Below, one piece after another: positions 15,724 through 24,521 of a stretch of DNA of 42,914 nucleotides. Made by a program: the position numbers and the translations under genes. Origin of the DNA: a virus (lineage: Duplodnaviria > Heunggongvirae > Uroviricota > Caudoviricetes). The stretch lies in IMG/VR virus record IMGVR_UViG_3300014205_000186, positions 64,001 to 106,914 of that record; one strand, given 5' to 3'. The notes below the pieces were generated by a model. That model saw nothing but the letters and a program-made list of their open reading frames with translations. It was not told the origin of the DNA and searched no databases. How positions within the stretch are numbered: the first letter of the stretch is position 1; every line of letters begins with the position of its first letter.

Positions 15724-17649
15724 CTAATAAATACTCTTAATATACTTTGCTTGGCCACAATCCCATAATTTTACAAAACCACTATTATATCCAGAATTAG
15801 ATGGGAAATTCATTCTGTGAACTTTTAAACTATTTTTAACCCAAGAAAAGCTTAAATATTCAGTTTTCTTTTCAAAGCCTAAACTATTTAAGTATTCTCC
15901 AGAACCGTATCGAAGATCAATAAAGGTTTGAACAAAGCTTGGATTTAAAGTTTTCTCAACATGTTTAATTAATTTTGAAAACCCACCAATAACATTAGTT
16001 TGAATCTGATGACAAAATCTTGAAACATCTAATCCAGTACCTAATCTAAAAACTCTTATAGCTGTTACTAAATTATTGTTATAATAAAGTCCAAAAGCCC
16101 GACCTCTACCCTTACCCATTAAGTGATTATTTGCGAAAAATTCATTAGCTTCATCTTTACTTAGTTCACGAATTACACATTTACGAGCAAATATTCTATT
16201 AGATCTGTTTAGCTTATTTAAAATAATAGATTCAACCTTTTCTTTTTGATTTAAAATTTCATCTTCAGTAAAGAATAAAGAAGTAAAACCTTCAGAGATA
16301 TAAAGTTCTCTTTTTTCTTTATGATAATTCTTTTCTCTATAAGCTTCTGAGTGCCAATATAAGCCGTCACATTCAAGAATTAAATTGTTGATTTTAAAGT
16401 CAGCTATTCTGTTTGAGATTCTAAATTGTTTTTCGTATGGTATATTTAATGGTTTAAGTATGGATTCCTCAAAGAATGTTTCTAGCCCGCTCTCTTTCTT
16501 TTGCATTGACATGGCTATATCGGGACCGTATTTTTTGATTCTTTTATACATCGAGTCTAAAACAAGACCCTTTTCTTCTGCTATTTCAACCATTAATTTA
16601 TTATTATAAGTTTTATTAGTTCCATTGGCTTTTAAAGCTTTTCTAATAATATACTTATAACCACTTCTTTTTGAGTGATGATCTACTCCATATTTTCTTA
16701 AACAAGTTTCTTTAGATTTTTGTAAAACTTCTTTAGTACCAAGAGGACTTGTTGACCCATATCTTTTCAAGCAAGTATTTTGTATTTTTTCTTTAATTTC
16801 TTTAGATTGAATTGGTACTTGAACACTATATCTTTCAATCATTGTAGATTCGCGCTTATCTTTTACCTCTTTAGATTTAGAAGGGTATTCTACTCCGTAT
16901 TTTTCTAAAGATGTTTTTTTAGATTTTTCAATAAATTCTTTAGTGCAGGAATAATATTCAACTTCGTATTTCTCTAAAAATATCTTTTTAATAGATTCTT
17001 TACCTAAATCTGAAGATAAATAATTTTCTGATCCATATTTTTCTAAACATGTATTCTTTATTTTATTTTTTACTTCTTCTGATTGAAAAGGATTTTCTAC
17101 TCCATACCTTTCTAAATTTGTATTTTTAACTTTATTTCTTATTTCTTTATTAGACAGATTATTCTCACAACCATATCTTTCTAAATTTGTTTCTTTAATC
17201 TTTTTTTGTACGGAATCTAGTGATAATGTTGATTTACAGCCATATTTTTCTAGATTTGTTTTTTCAATTTTTTCTTTAACATTATTAATAACAAAAGACT
17301 CTTTTCTCGAAATATATGCACATGTGTCCTCGGAATAATGAGAGCCTTTTAAAATTGCAAATACATAACCCTCTTTTGCATTTTCAATAGACCATTTTTC
17401 AAATATAGAAAAGTCTTTCCATTCATCACAAATTGTGAACCCTTGAAAGTTTTTATCTAATTTATTAGATTTTTTTATTATAGCTCTCCAGGTTCCGTAA
17501 TATTTTCTACTTTTAAATGTTTTTTTAGAACACTTACAAGTAAAATCTTTTCTACTAGAATCAGCTCTAACTTTTAAAGTTTCTCCACAATCACATTTAT
17601 AAATATTAAAATAATGAGATTTTTCCTTTATTTGTTCAAAAAATTTCAT
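15724..17649 (-). CDS. mosaic free-standing homing endonuclease (degenerate HNH-like N-terminus, 23-aa repeats, Vsr-like nuclease, Hef-like C-terminus)
   Basis: ICDEWKDFSIF..W, nine K.K.T.LEKYG repeats, ADFKINNLILECDGLYWHSE, RIFARKC...NHLMG, SRFC, KLWDCGQAKY. Confidence 0.8.
   Translation of the reverse strand: MKFFEQIKEKSHYFNIYKCDCGETLKVRADSSRKDFTCKCSKKTFKSRKYYGTWRAIIKKSNKLDKNFQGFTICDEWKDFSIFEKWSIENAKEGYVFAILKGSHYSEDTCAYISRKESFVINNVKEKIEKTNLEKYGCKSTLSLDSVQKKIKETNLERYGCENNLSNKEIRNKVKNTNLERYGVENPFQSEEVKNKIKNTCLEKYGSENYLSSDLGKESIKKIFLEKYEVEYYSCTKEFIEKSKKTSLEKYGVEYPSKSKEVKDKRESTMIERYSVQVPIQSKEIKEKIQNTCLKRYGSTSPLGTKEVLQKSKETCLRKYGVDHHSKRSGYKYIIRKALKANGTNKTYNNKLMVEIAEEKGLVLDSMYKRIKKYGPDIAMSMQKKESGLETFFEESILKPLNIPYEKQFRISNRIADFKINNLILECDGLYWHSEAYREKNYHKEKRELYISEGFTSLFFTEDEILNQKEKVESIILNKLNRSNRIFARKCVIRELSKDEANEFFANNHLMGKGRGRAFGLYYNNNLVTAIRVFRLGTGLDVSRFCHQIQTNVIGGFSKLIKHVEKTLNPSFVQTFIDLRYGSGEYLNSLGFEKKTEYLSFSWVKNSLKVHRMNFPSNSGYNSGFVKLWDCGQAKYIKSIY
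16654..17274 (-). repeat. nine tandem 69-bp (23-aa) degenerate repeats in the endonuclease
   Basis: EKIEKTNLEKYGCKSTLSLDSVQ, KKIKETNLERYGCENNLSNKEIR ... QKSKETCLRKYGVDHHSKRSGYK. Confidence 0.9.
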
Positions 17650-17693
17650 TTTATTCCTTTTATATAATCCTATTAGTGTTAAAATTTACGCCA

Positions 17694-18311
17694 TTAAAGA
17701 TATTCAACGGAAAAATATCCCGCCGTAAGTTTCGAACCAGTGCTACTTGGACTTTGGGAGATACAAATATAAAAATCATGCTGAGTAGAACTTGTGCTCG
17801 GGCCGTTTGGACGAAGCCCTGATACCCCTGGGGAGTCAATTAAAGATAATATACTACCAGATCCGTAAATATTTGTCCAACTAGCTAATCCACTACCTAG
17901 ACTTCCGGTTTGGGTTGTACTAGGATGAATAGTTTCGTAAGCCATGCAAACAACACCGCTTGGATTATTATTTATATTATTTCTATCATAACACCTGAAT
18001 CTAGCATTCTGAGTAGTAACAGCAGATCCATGATTAAAAGAAACTTTTAAAGTTGCTAAATAATTAGGTATATCAAGAACATTTTTAGAAGTTAAACCAT
18101 TAATAGAACCAGAAGCTGGATGTGTATATTTTACGTTGTTTACTTGTGGGCCTTGGAAAAGACCATTACTATCGGTGATCCAAGTGGAATCTTGATAAGA
18201 ACCAACATTAACACTCTGGCCAAAAGTTGCTCCATAAAACCCTAACCCGCTACCATTCAAACCAACATTATTAATAGCTAAATCGTTAGCTGAAAAAGAA
18301 ATTGTTGCCAT
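17694..18311 (-). CDS. putative virion structural protein (Ser/Gly/Asn-rich, beta-type)
   Basis: Composition, low-GC3 codon usage in the gene body like the tail tube gene, own copy of the upstream motif. Confidence 0.6.
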   Translation of the reverse strand: MATISFSANDLAINNVGLNGSGLGFYGATFGQSVNVGSYQDSTWITDSNGLFQGPQVNNVKYTHPASGSINGLTSKNVLDIPNYLATLKVSFNHGSAVTTQNARFRCYDRNNINNNPSGVVCMAYETIHPSTTQTGSLGSGLASWTNIYGSGSILSLIDSPGVSGLRPNGPSTSSTQHDFYICISQSPSSTGSKLTAGYFSVEYL

Positions 18312-18332
18312 TTTTGTTACCTTTTAAAAATT

Positions 18333-18353
18333 GTGTACATATATAAATACTCT
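18333..18353 (-). promoter_or_regulatory. conserved 21-bp upstream motif, putative late promoter (copy 2)
   Basis: Minus strand AGAGTATTTATATATGTACAC, 18/21 identical to copy 3, 21 nt before the ATG at 18311. Confidence 0.7.
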
Positions 18354-18378
18354 TTTAAGAGATTTTGTATTTAATAGA

Positions 18379-18813
18379 TTAATTCAACCATAGTTTAGTA
18401 GCTTCTTCAATAGAAATCTCTGTTTTATCTAACTTTTTATTAACCAAATTATGTAATTTAACACCAGATTCAAAAAACCCCTTTTGGTTTGAAAAATCCA
18501 TAGGAGAAGATTCTAATAATATCTTTGTATGATTTCTACATTCTCCACATGGTAATTTTTTAAGCCAATTCTCAAACCATTCTTTTGTTTCTTGTTCTGA
18601 CTTATACTGGTAGGTATGTAGTAATTTCCAAAGGTTTCTTGAATATTCTATTCTAGGATCTACTGATTTCGCCTTATTTTGGTTTTGATGAAAATCTGGA
18701 ATAGTAGGTGGAATAAAATCTTCACCAGTATAAACTGTTACAGATTCTCCGACCATAGAGCATAAACAGATTGCATTATCAGGAATTTTTCTTCCACATT
18801 TACAAGTTGTCAA
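18379..18813 (-). CDS. Erv1/Alr-family FAD-dependent sulfhydryl oxidase
   Basis: LWKLLHT, LPCGECRNH (CxxC), LHNLVNKKL are the three hallmark motifs. A TTG start gives an N-terminal CKC...CLC; an alternative ATG at 18756 would omit it. Confidence 0.88.
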   Translation of the reverse strand: MTTCKCGRKIPDNAICLCSMVGESVTVYTGEDFIPPTIPDFHQNQNKAKSVDPRIEYSRNLWKLLHTYQYKSEQETKEWFENWLKKLPCGECRNHTKILLESSPMDFSNQKGFFESGVKLHNLVNKKLDKTEISIEEATKLWLN

Positions 18814-20050
18814 AATAAGCCCTATGTGTTCCTCTTGATATTAATCCATCATATCTAGTATATCTACCTACTAAAACTCTTCCACACCAAGGTGGTCTAT
18901 AAGCTAAAGTATATTGATCGTCGCTTTGGTCTTCATATTTTTGAGGCGTTGCATAAATTGCAGAAGCTCCACAATTTGGCTCAGAAAATAAATATGTACA
19001 GGTTCCGGATTCCTCATCTACTACCCCTGTAATATGATTTGTATAAACAAAATGATAGCTAGTAATTTTCATTGTTGGAACTAAGAAATTAAAATAATAC
19101 TCTACGTTATAAGTTTTTACATAACTACTATATGCCGTAACTACCCCTGTATAAAGATTTCTAAACGAAGTTGTACCAGATTTTCTATATATTCCTGCTC
19201 CAGCGTCTATTCTGGGTATACTGTTATATGTTATACTATTACGGGATATATCACAGGTTGGAATATATAAAGGAAGAATAAAAGTTTGATTAAATACTGA
19301 TAAATTAGTTAATTCTTCAAGTTCATAATAAATAGTTCCACCATATGGATCATCATCAGTAGTACGCTCCCAGCTTATATCATTAAAATTATTAAATTCA
19401 TAAACTAATGAGTTCTTAGTAAACATACATTCAGGAGTTAATTCAACATAACATCTTGGACCACATTTATTATCTTTTTCAATATATACATAAGGTACAC
19501 TACCAAGATTATAATAAGTTTCAATAATTTCCGGATCTGAATTTTGAGCATCTAAAAAGTTAAAATAAGTGGTTACCTTTATTTTCCCTGTTTCACAATC
19601 AATTATCATATTACCAGAACAAAGTAGCCAATTACAATAAGCGTCTTGAACAGAAGTTCCACAGGCGTTTGTAGCTTCAATAGTATAGTAATAGTTATAA
19701 AAAGCATCATATCCAGAAAAAGTCCAAGCCCAATCTAATACAGTATTAATCTCTCCGGAAATATCTCCTGATTCTATTATTAAATAATCTCCGTAAGTAT
19801 ATCTTAAAGCAGATGTCTCAGCTCTAGAAGTAGAATATATAAATCTTCCATCTTCCCAAACAATACTTACAACAGGTTTTCCAGAACCATCTTCTGGACA
19901 ACATAAACAATCTCCTTGAAAACATCCTAAATCAGACATTACTAAATTAGGAACACCTAATAAAGAGTCTCCTTCCATAGCTATAATTGGCTGTGAAAAT
20001 GGACTAGGAATACTAGGAGATACTATTCTAAATAGATTTGGAGCTGTCAT
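18800..20050 (-). CDS. Cys-rich putative tail-tip/virion protein
   Basis: 15 Cys in 416 aa (e.g. CFQGDCLCC), Tyr/Thr-rich; start at 20050 forms a TAATG overlap with the upstream tail gene. Confidence 0.6.
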   Translation of the reverse strand: MTAPNLFRIVSPSIPSPFSQPIIAMEGDSLLGVPNLVMSDLGCFQGDCLCCPEDGSGKPVVSIVWEDGRFIYSTSRAETSALRYTYGDYLIIESGDISGEINTVLDWAWTFSGYDAFYNYYYTIEATNACGTSVQDAYCNWLLCSGNMIIDCETGKIKVTTYFNFLDAQNSDPEIIETYYNLGSVPYVYIEKDNKCGPRCYVELTPECMFTKNSLVYEFNNFNDISWERTTDDDPYGGTIYYELEELTNLSVFNQTFILPLYIPTCDISRNSITYNSIPRIDAGAGIYRKSGTTSFRNLYTGVVTAYSSYVKTYNVEYYFNFLVPTMKITSYHFVYTNHITGVVDEESGTCTYLFSEPNCGASAIYATPQKYEDQSDDQYTLAYRPPWCGRVLVGRYTRYDGLISRGTHRAYFDNL

Positions 20051-23000
20051 TATAATGTTCCAGAACATCCTCTAGCGGTAAACCAAGTTAACCATTGACC
20101 AGATCCTAGAGAAACTTTATCATATTCGAATAACAAATAATCTCCGCTAGGAGTAATTCTTAAATCTCTAATATAACCACTTGGACCTCCACCGGCAACC
20201 CAAACACCTCTTGATTCATCCCATCTAGTATCTAATGGACCAACCTTCCAGTCTTTGGGATTATTAATATCTTCTGGAACCATTTCTCCATTAATATCAT
20301 ATCCCCAACCAGCTAAAACCATAGGAGATTTTAAAGCCATGCTTCTATAAACTTCAATTTCTCCACTTGTATTACTTATATTAATATCTTTATGACCACT
20401 TGCTCCAGCGCCATGAACAATAACCCCAAGATTATCTTTTACAGCGTTTTTAAAAGGGTTTAATTGCTCAACACTTTCAGGTACTCCACTAGTATTCAAA
20501 AAATGAGGCATATAATCGCCAGAATAATTTGTATCAGTTGTAAAAGGTGTAAACAAAGTATCTAAGCTACAACCAGCAATAGATTCCCAATCTTCTGAAT
20601 CTAGAACTCTAGGAGTCTCATAAAATGGCATTGAAGCAGTATTATATTTAACGTTTCCGCTTCCGTATGTACTTGACATAATCATCTGGTGTGGGCTATT
20701 AGGATTCTTTTTTCTTGATTTGTTATTAAGACCTAAGAAAGATCCGAATCTAACAGTTTTTAATGGTTGATTAGGTTTCTTAGCATTTTTTCTAATAGCT
20801 TCTCTTCTTAAAACATGCATCTTTTTGAATTGTTCTATTCTATGCATAGTTTGATCTGAAAATCTTTGTGACCATTTATCCATTCTATAAACAGTTGTTA
20901 CGCCACCTTCTCCAACACTTGTATTAATTTGTGTAATAACTGGTCCACCGGCAAAAATTTGATGAGCAATACTAAAAATAGGAGATCCTGGAAACTCTAC
21001 TGAACCAGATTCACCTATCATAGAATTAACAGTAACATCTCTTACTCTAGCTGTTCCGGCATCATTCATTTGGGAAAAACCGCCATAATTCCAAGGGGTT
21101 AATTCTATATCTTGTTCAAATTCAACTTTACCCTGTGATCCTTGAGTATACCAAGGGCCATATGTTACAAGATTATTTCTAAGTGGAATAGCAGCCATTT
21201 GTGGAATTAAACCAAGTTTAGATAAATCTATATCATAACTTGAAGCACCAGCTTGAGTTCTCCATCTTTGAAAATCTCTTTCAGCCTGAGCATGATGAGC
21301 TACTGGTTGAGCATCTATATAACCTTGTTGTAAAACATGTAAGACACCACTAGCATAATGACTATATTTAACTCTACCAGGAAGAGTAATAACAGCTCTA
21401 GGAGAAAAAGCTGTATTTTTATTTAAGAAAACTAATTCTTTATCAACACCACATTTAACAAACATGTATTGTCCCTGAATATAATAATCATCTTCACTTA
21501 ATTCTCCAAGATCTAAATCAGCAACAGTAAAGGGGCCAAATCTTACATAGGCTACTAATTTATTGTTTTCATCTAAAGCAAAATACGGATAGTTTGGAAC
21601 TAATCCTTGATTAATAGCTTGACCAATTAAAGATTCTTCAATATATCCAGAATCAGCAGGTTCTAAACTAGTTGTAATAGAATAGTCTTCATTTCTCTTT
21701 GCTAAAACAAAAGGAATTCTAACCATAAATTTTTTATCAAGATATTCTCTAGCAAAAGTAGCAATATAATCATAAACTTTTTGTACTAAAAACGCATGGT
21801 TAGACTTAAGATAAATATCTCTTTCTAATTTAGCAAGATCTTTAACACCTAAATTATTAATATTATGATTTTGAAGCTTACTAGCATCAACATCTGGATC
21901 TTCGATAATTCTATCGTGTTTTCCATAATGAATACTAGATTTACGCAATTGCTTTTTAGCCTTTGAAAAGTTTTGTTCCTCTTCATCGGTTAATTTTTTA
22001 TGTTGCTGTAAAAACGTAGACCAAGCAGTATAAGATTCAATAGCTGCTCTTAATTCATATATATCAGTAGGATAATTATACCAATATTTTCCAGGCCAGC
22101 TTATTGGTTGACCATCAATATAAAAACTTTCATTAGAATTCTGAACAAATTCATTACTAAAAGAAACGGCTCTTTGAGCTAGATTAACATTTCCTTGTAA
22201 ATCTTTACCCCAATATCTAGCAATAGTATCATCATAAATAGGGTTTACAACTCCGCTACTACTTGTTCCTGTCACATTAGACTGATAATACATCTGTTCA
22301 ACTTGACCGCCAATTAAAAACTTATTAGCGGTAGTATATCTTAAATCAAACCCAGCTTCAGTACTAATATAATTTTGTTGTATTTGGGCTAGTAATCTAT
22401 AAATAGAACCATTTAGCCGTGGTATATTATTACTAACTGTAATGACACTAACATAATTTCCTATCATTATAACAGTAAAATCATGATTAGCTAAACTACA
22501 AATATCTTGAATAAAATCTAATAAAGAAATATTTGTTGAAGATATTCTATAATCATTTGGAACGTCTGGAAGCAAAGATAAATCAATAAAATATGGATAT
22601 CCCGCGAGATATACCGGGGTAATTTGATTTAATTGAGTAAAAGCATCTCTTATTAGTCTCCAAGGTATTCCTGCTTCATTAATTAGAGAATTTCCATAAC
22701 CAAAACTTTCAAGATATCCAAAAACGTTATATAAGTTAGGTACTGAATAAGTAAATCCAGTATATCCTCCTATAATTAATTCAACTCCGCTCAATAAATC
22801 TCTTGGATCAGAAATAGATACTTCCCAGCCCCTATTAATAGAATGAGATTTTACCTCTTTAATATTTGTTAAAATGCCATCGAAGATCCAACCGCTATAT
22901 TCAAATCTTCCAAGTTGACCTATAAAGCCATCGAACCTTTCAAATAAAGCGTCGTCTTCAACTAAGGATACATCTAAAACAGAGGCTTGATCTCCCCAGC

Positions 23001-23070
23001 CCATATTTAGATTAAAACTTCTGATTGAACAACCTAAAAAATGTTGTTGAATTGCTGCTTCATCTGGCAT
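20050..23070 (-). CDS. large tail-tip/hub (Tal-like) protein
   Basis: Third gene after the tape measure; N-terminal FDGIL...WEVSISDPR and ISLLDFIQDICS resemble tail hub folds. Confidence 0.6.
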   Translation of the reverse strand: MPDEAAIQQHFLGCSIRSFNLNMGWGDQASVLDVSLVEDDALFERFDGFIGQLGRFEYSGWIFDGILTNIKEVKSHSINRGWEVSISDPRDLLSGVELIIGGYTGFTYSVPNLYNVFGYLESFGYGNSLINEAGIPWRLIRDAFTQLNQITPVYLAGYPYFIDLSLLPDVPNDYRISSTNISLLDFIQDICSLANHDFTVIMIGNYVSVITVSNNIPRLNGSIYRLLAQIQQNYISTEAGFDLRYTTANKFLIGGQVEQMYYQSNVTGTSSSGVVNPIYDDTIARYWGKDLQGNVNLAQRAVSFSNEFVQNSNESFYIDGQPISWPGKYWYNYPTDIYELRAAIESYTAWSTFLQQHKKLTDEEEQNFSKAKKQLRKSSIHYGKHDRIIEDPDVDASKLQNHNINNLGVKDLAKLERDIYLKSNHAFLVQKVYDYIATFAREYLDKKFMVRIPFVLAKRNEDYSITTSLEPADSGYIEESLIGQAINQGLVPNYPYFALDENNKLVAYVRFGPFTVADLDLGELSEDDYYIQGQYMFVKCGVDKELVFLNKNTAFSPRAVITLPGRVKYSHYASGVLHVLQQGYIDAQPVAHHAQAERDFQRWRTQAGASSYDIDLSKLGLIPQMAAIPLRNNLVTYGPWYTQGSQGKVEFEQDIELTPWNYGGFSQMNDAGTARVRDVTVNSMIGESGSVEFPGSPIFSIAHQIFAGGPVITQINTSVGEGGVTTVYRMDKWSQRFSDQTMHRIEQFKKMHVLRREAIRKNAKKPNQPLKTVRFGSFLGLNNKSRKKNPNSPHQMIMSSTYGSGNVKYNTASMPFYETPRVLDSEDWESIAGCSLDTLFTPFTTDTNYSGDYMPHFLNTSGVPESVEQLNPFKNAVKDNLGVIVHGAGASGHKDINISNTSGEIEVYRSMALKSPMVLAGWGYDINGEMVPEDINNPKDWKVGPLDTRWDESRGVWVAGGGPSGYIRDLRITPSGDYLLFEYDKVSLGSGQWLTWFTARGCSGTL

Positions 23071-24521
23071 TATTCATATATCCAAGTAACGTTATAAGAA
23101 GCTGATCCAGTTAATGGTTCCCAGTTTTCTTGTGGTTGTTGTCTAAAAGATTTATTAGCACCATTATTAATAGGATCTAATTGATAAACTAATCCAGAAA
23201 CTAAATATTCTGGAAAATCAAAAGTTATATCTCCGGATGGAGGACCAAGAAGAAAATCAATAGTTAAGCTTTTTTGTTTCTCTGGACCTGTTCCTAAATC
23301 TTGTAATACTGGACCCCTGTAAGGGCTGCTTCTTCCTATTACCGGAACTATTGCTACGCTATAACCTTCTTTTTGATAAGAAACAGAAATTCTTTCTGAT
23401 AAAGCTCCGCTAATATAACTTGTTCTTCTGTTATCATAATTATAGGAATAAGAAATATTACCCTGTAAAGGATTTCTACCAACATTAGTACTAAGTGGTA
23501 AAGGATTTAATGTTGTTCCGGTATATAATTGTGCTCTAGATAAGAAACTATTAGATATTGAAGAAAAATATCCAGAAGCAGCATCCCATTTATGTCCGCT
23601 AACATTATTTAAAACTCTTGATTCTAATCCTTGAATATTTCCAGCAACTTCAACAGAAGTAATACCATCTAAAGCAGATTGACTAGAAACAGAATAATCT
23701 TCTATTATATTACCGCTAGAAAAAACCCAGCTTTCATTTACTGAATAAGAAGCCGCTGTTTCATCTATATTTTCTGTTAGAATATGATTATAAGCACCTA
23801 AAGTGGATAGATTATTAAATCCCGAAAATATAGTATTACTAATTCCAGTTCTAGACGCTATCCAGTTTTTAGCTTCCATAAAAGGATGATTTAATATTCC
23901 ACTATTATAAGAAGCTTTTCCCGTAGCAGATAAACTATGTGTAACTCTGTAAGTAAAAGGAGTAGTGGCTGCTAGAGAAGCAATGGGTCCAGGAACGAAA
24001 GAAGTTGTTCCAAGAGGTTGTTCGTTAGGTTCTATTGACCAAGATTCTACCGCTGATTCTAAGTTATAGTTTAAAGAGCCATCAACATTAGGATAAATTC
24101 TATCCGTAACCATTGATATTGAATATTCACAAGTATTAAACCACGGCCCTTCTTGAAATACTATTTCTACACTAGCTGGGAAAAAATGTAAAGTAGTTCC
24201 AAGATCTTCTGGGATAACCTCGAATTTCTTACCTATATTATCTTTATTAAAAATCTGCCTAAGAGCTTCTTGTTTTTTAAGAATACTAGATAATCTTTCG
24301 GAATCTGCTATATTTTCATCAGCAGGGTAATCATTTGTTGTCCAAAAAGTACCGCTAGAACTTGGAGATCCTTTATCAGCAAAAATAACACTAGAAAAAT
24401 TAACGTTATAAACTTGACCTATAATTCTTCCGTCTGGAGATTGTTCGAAATTTCTAGAATAGTTCAAACTAACAGCAGGAATTATTCTTTTACCATCATA
24501 AAGAACTTGTGTAGTACTCAT
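23070..24521 (-). CDS. minor tail protein (distal tail/Dit-like)
   Basis: Position in the tail module, beta-strand-rich alternating pattern, translational coupling. Confidence 0.55.
   Translation of the reverse strand: MSTTQVLYDGKRIIPAVSLNYSRNFEQSPDGRIIGQVYNVNFSSVIFADKGSPSSSGTFWTTNDYPADENIADSERLSSILKKQEALRQIFNKDNIGKKFEVIPEDLGTTLHFFPASVEIVFQEGPWFNTCEYSISMVTDRIYPNVDGSLNYNLESAVESWSIEPNEQPLGTTSFVPGPIASLAATTPFTYRVTHSLSATGKASYNSGILNHPFMEAKNWIASRTGISNTIFSGFNNLSTLGAYNHILTENIDETAASYSVNESWVFSSGNIIEDYSVSSQSALDGITSVEVAGNIQGLESRVLNNVSGHKWDAASGYFSSISNSFLSRAQLYTGTTLNPLPLSTNVGRNPLQGNISYSYNYDNRRTSYISGALSERISVSYQKEGYSVAIVPVIGRSSPYRGPVLQDLGTGPEKQKSLTIDFLLGPPSGDITFDFPEYLVSGLVYQLDPINNGANKSFRQQPQENWEPLTGSASYNVTWIYE

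Noticed and set aside
16654-17274. CRISPR array
   Set aside because: The 69-bp units are degenerate in-frame coding repeats with no constant repeat and unique spacer structure.
15559-17694. Group I intron housing the large endonuclease
   Set aside because: Only 44 nt upstream, the flanking gene ends normally, no P7-like core is recognisable, and the GC-rich downstream patch is better explained as a frameshifted gene.
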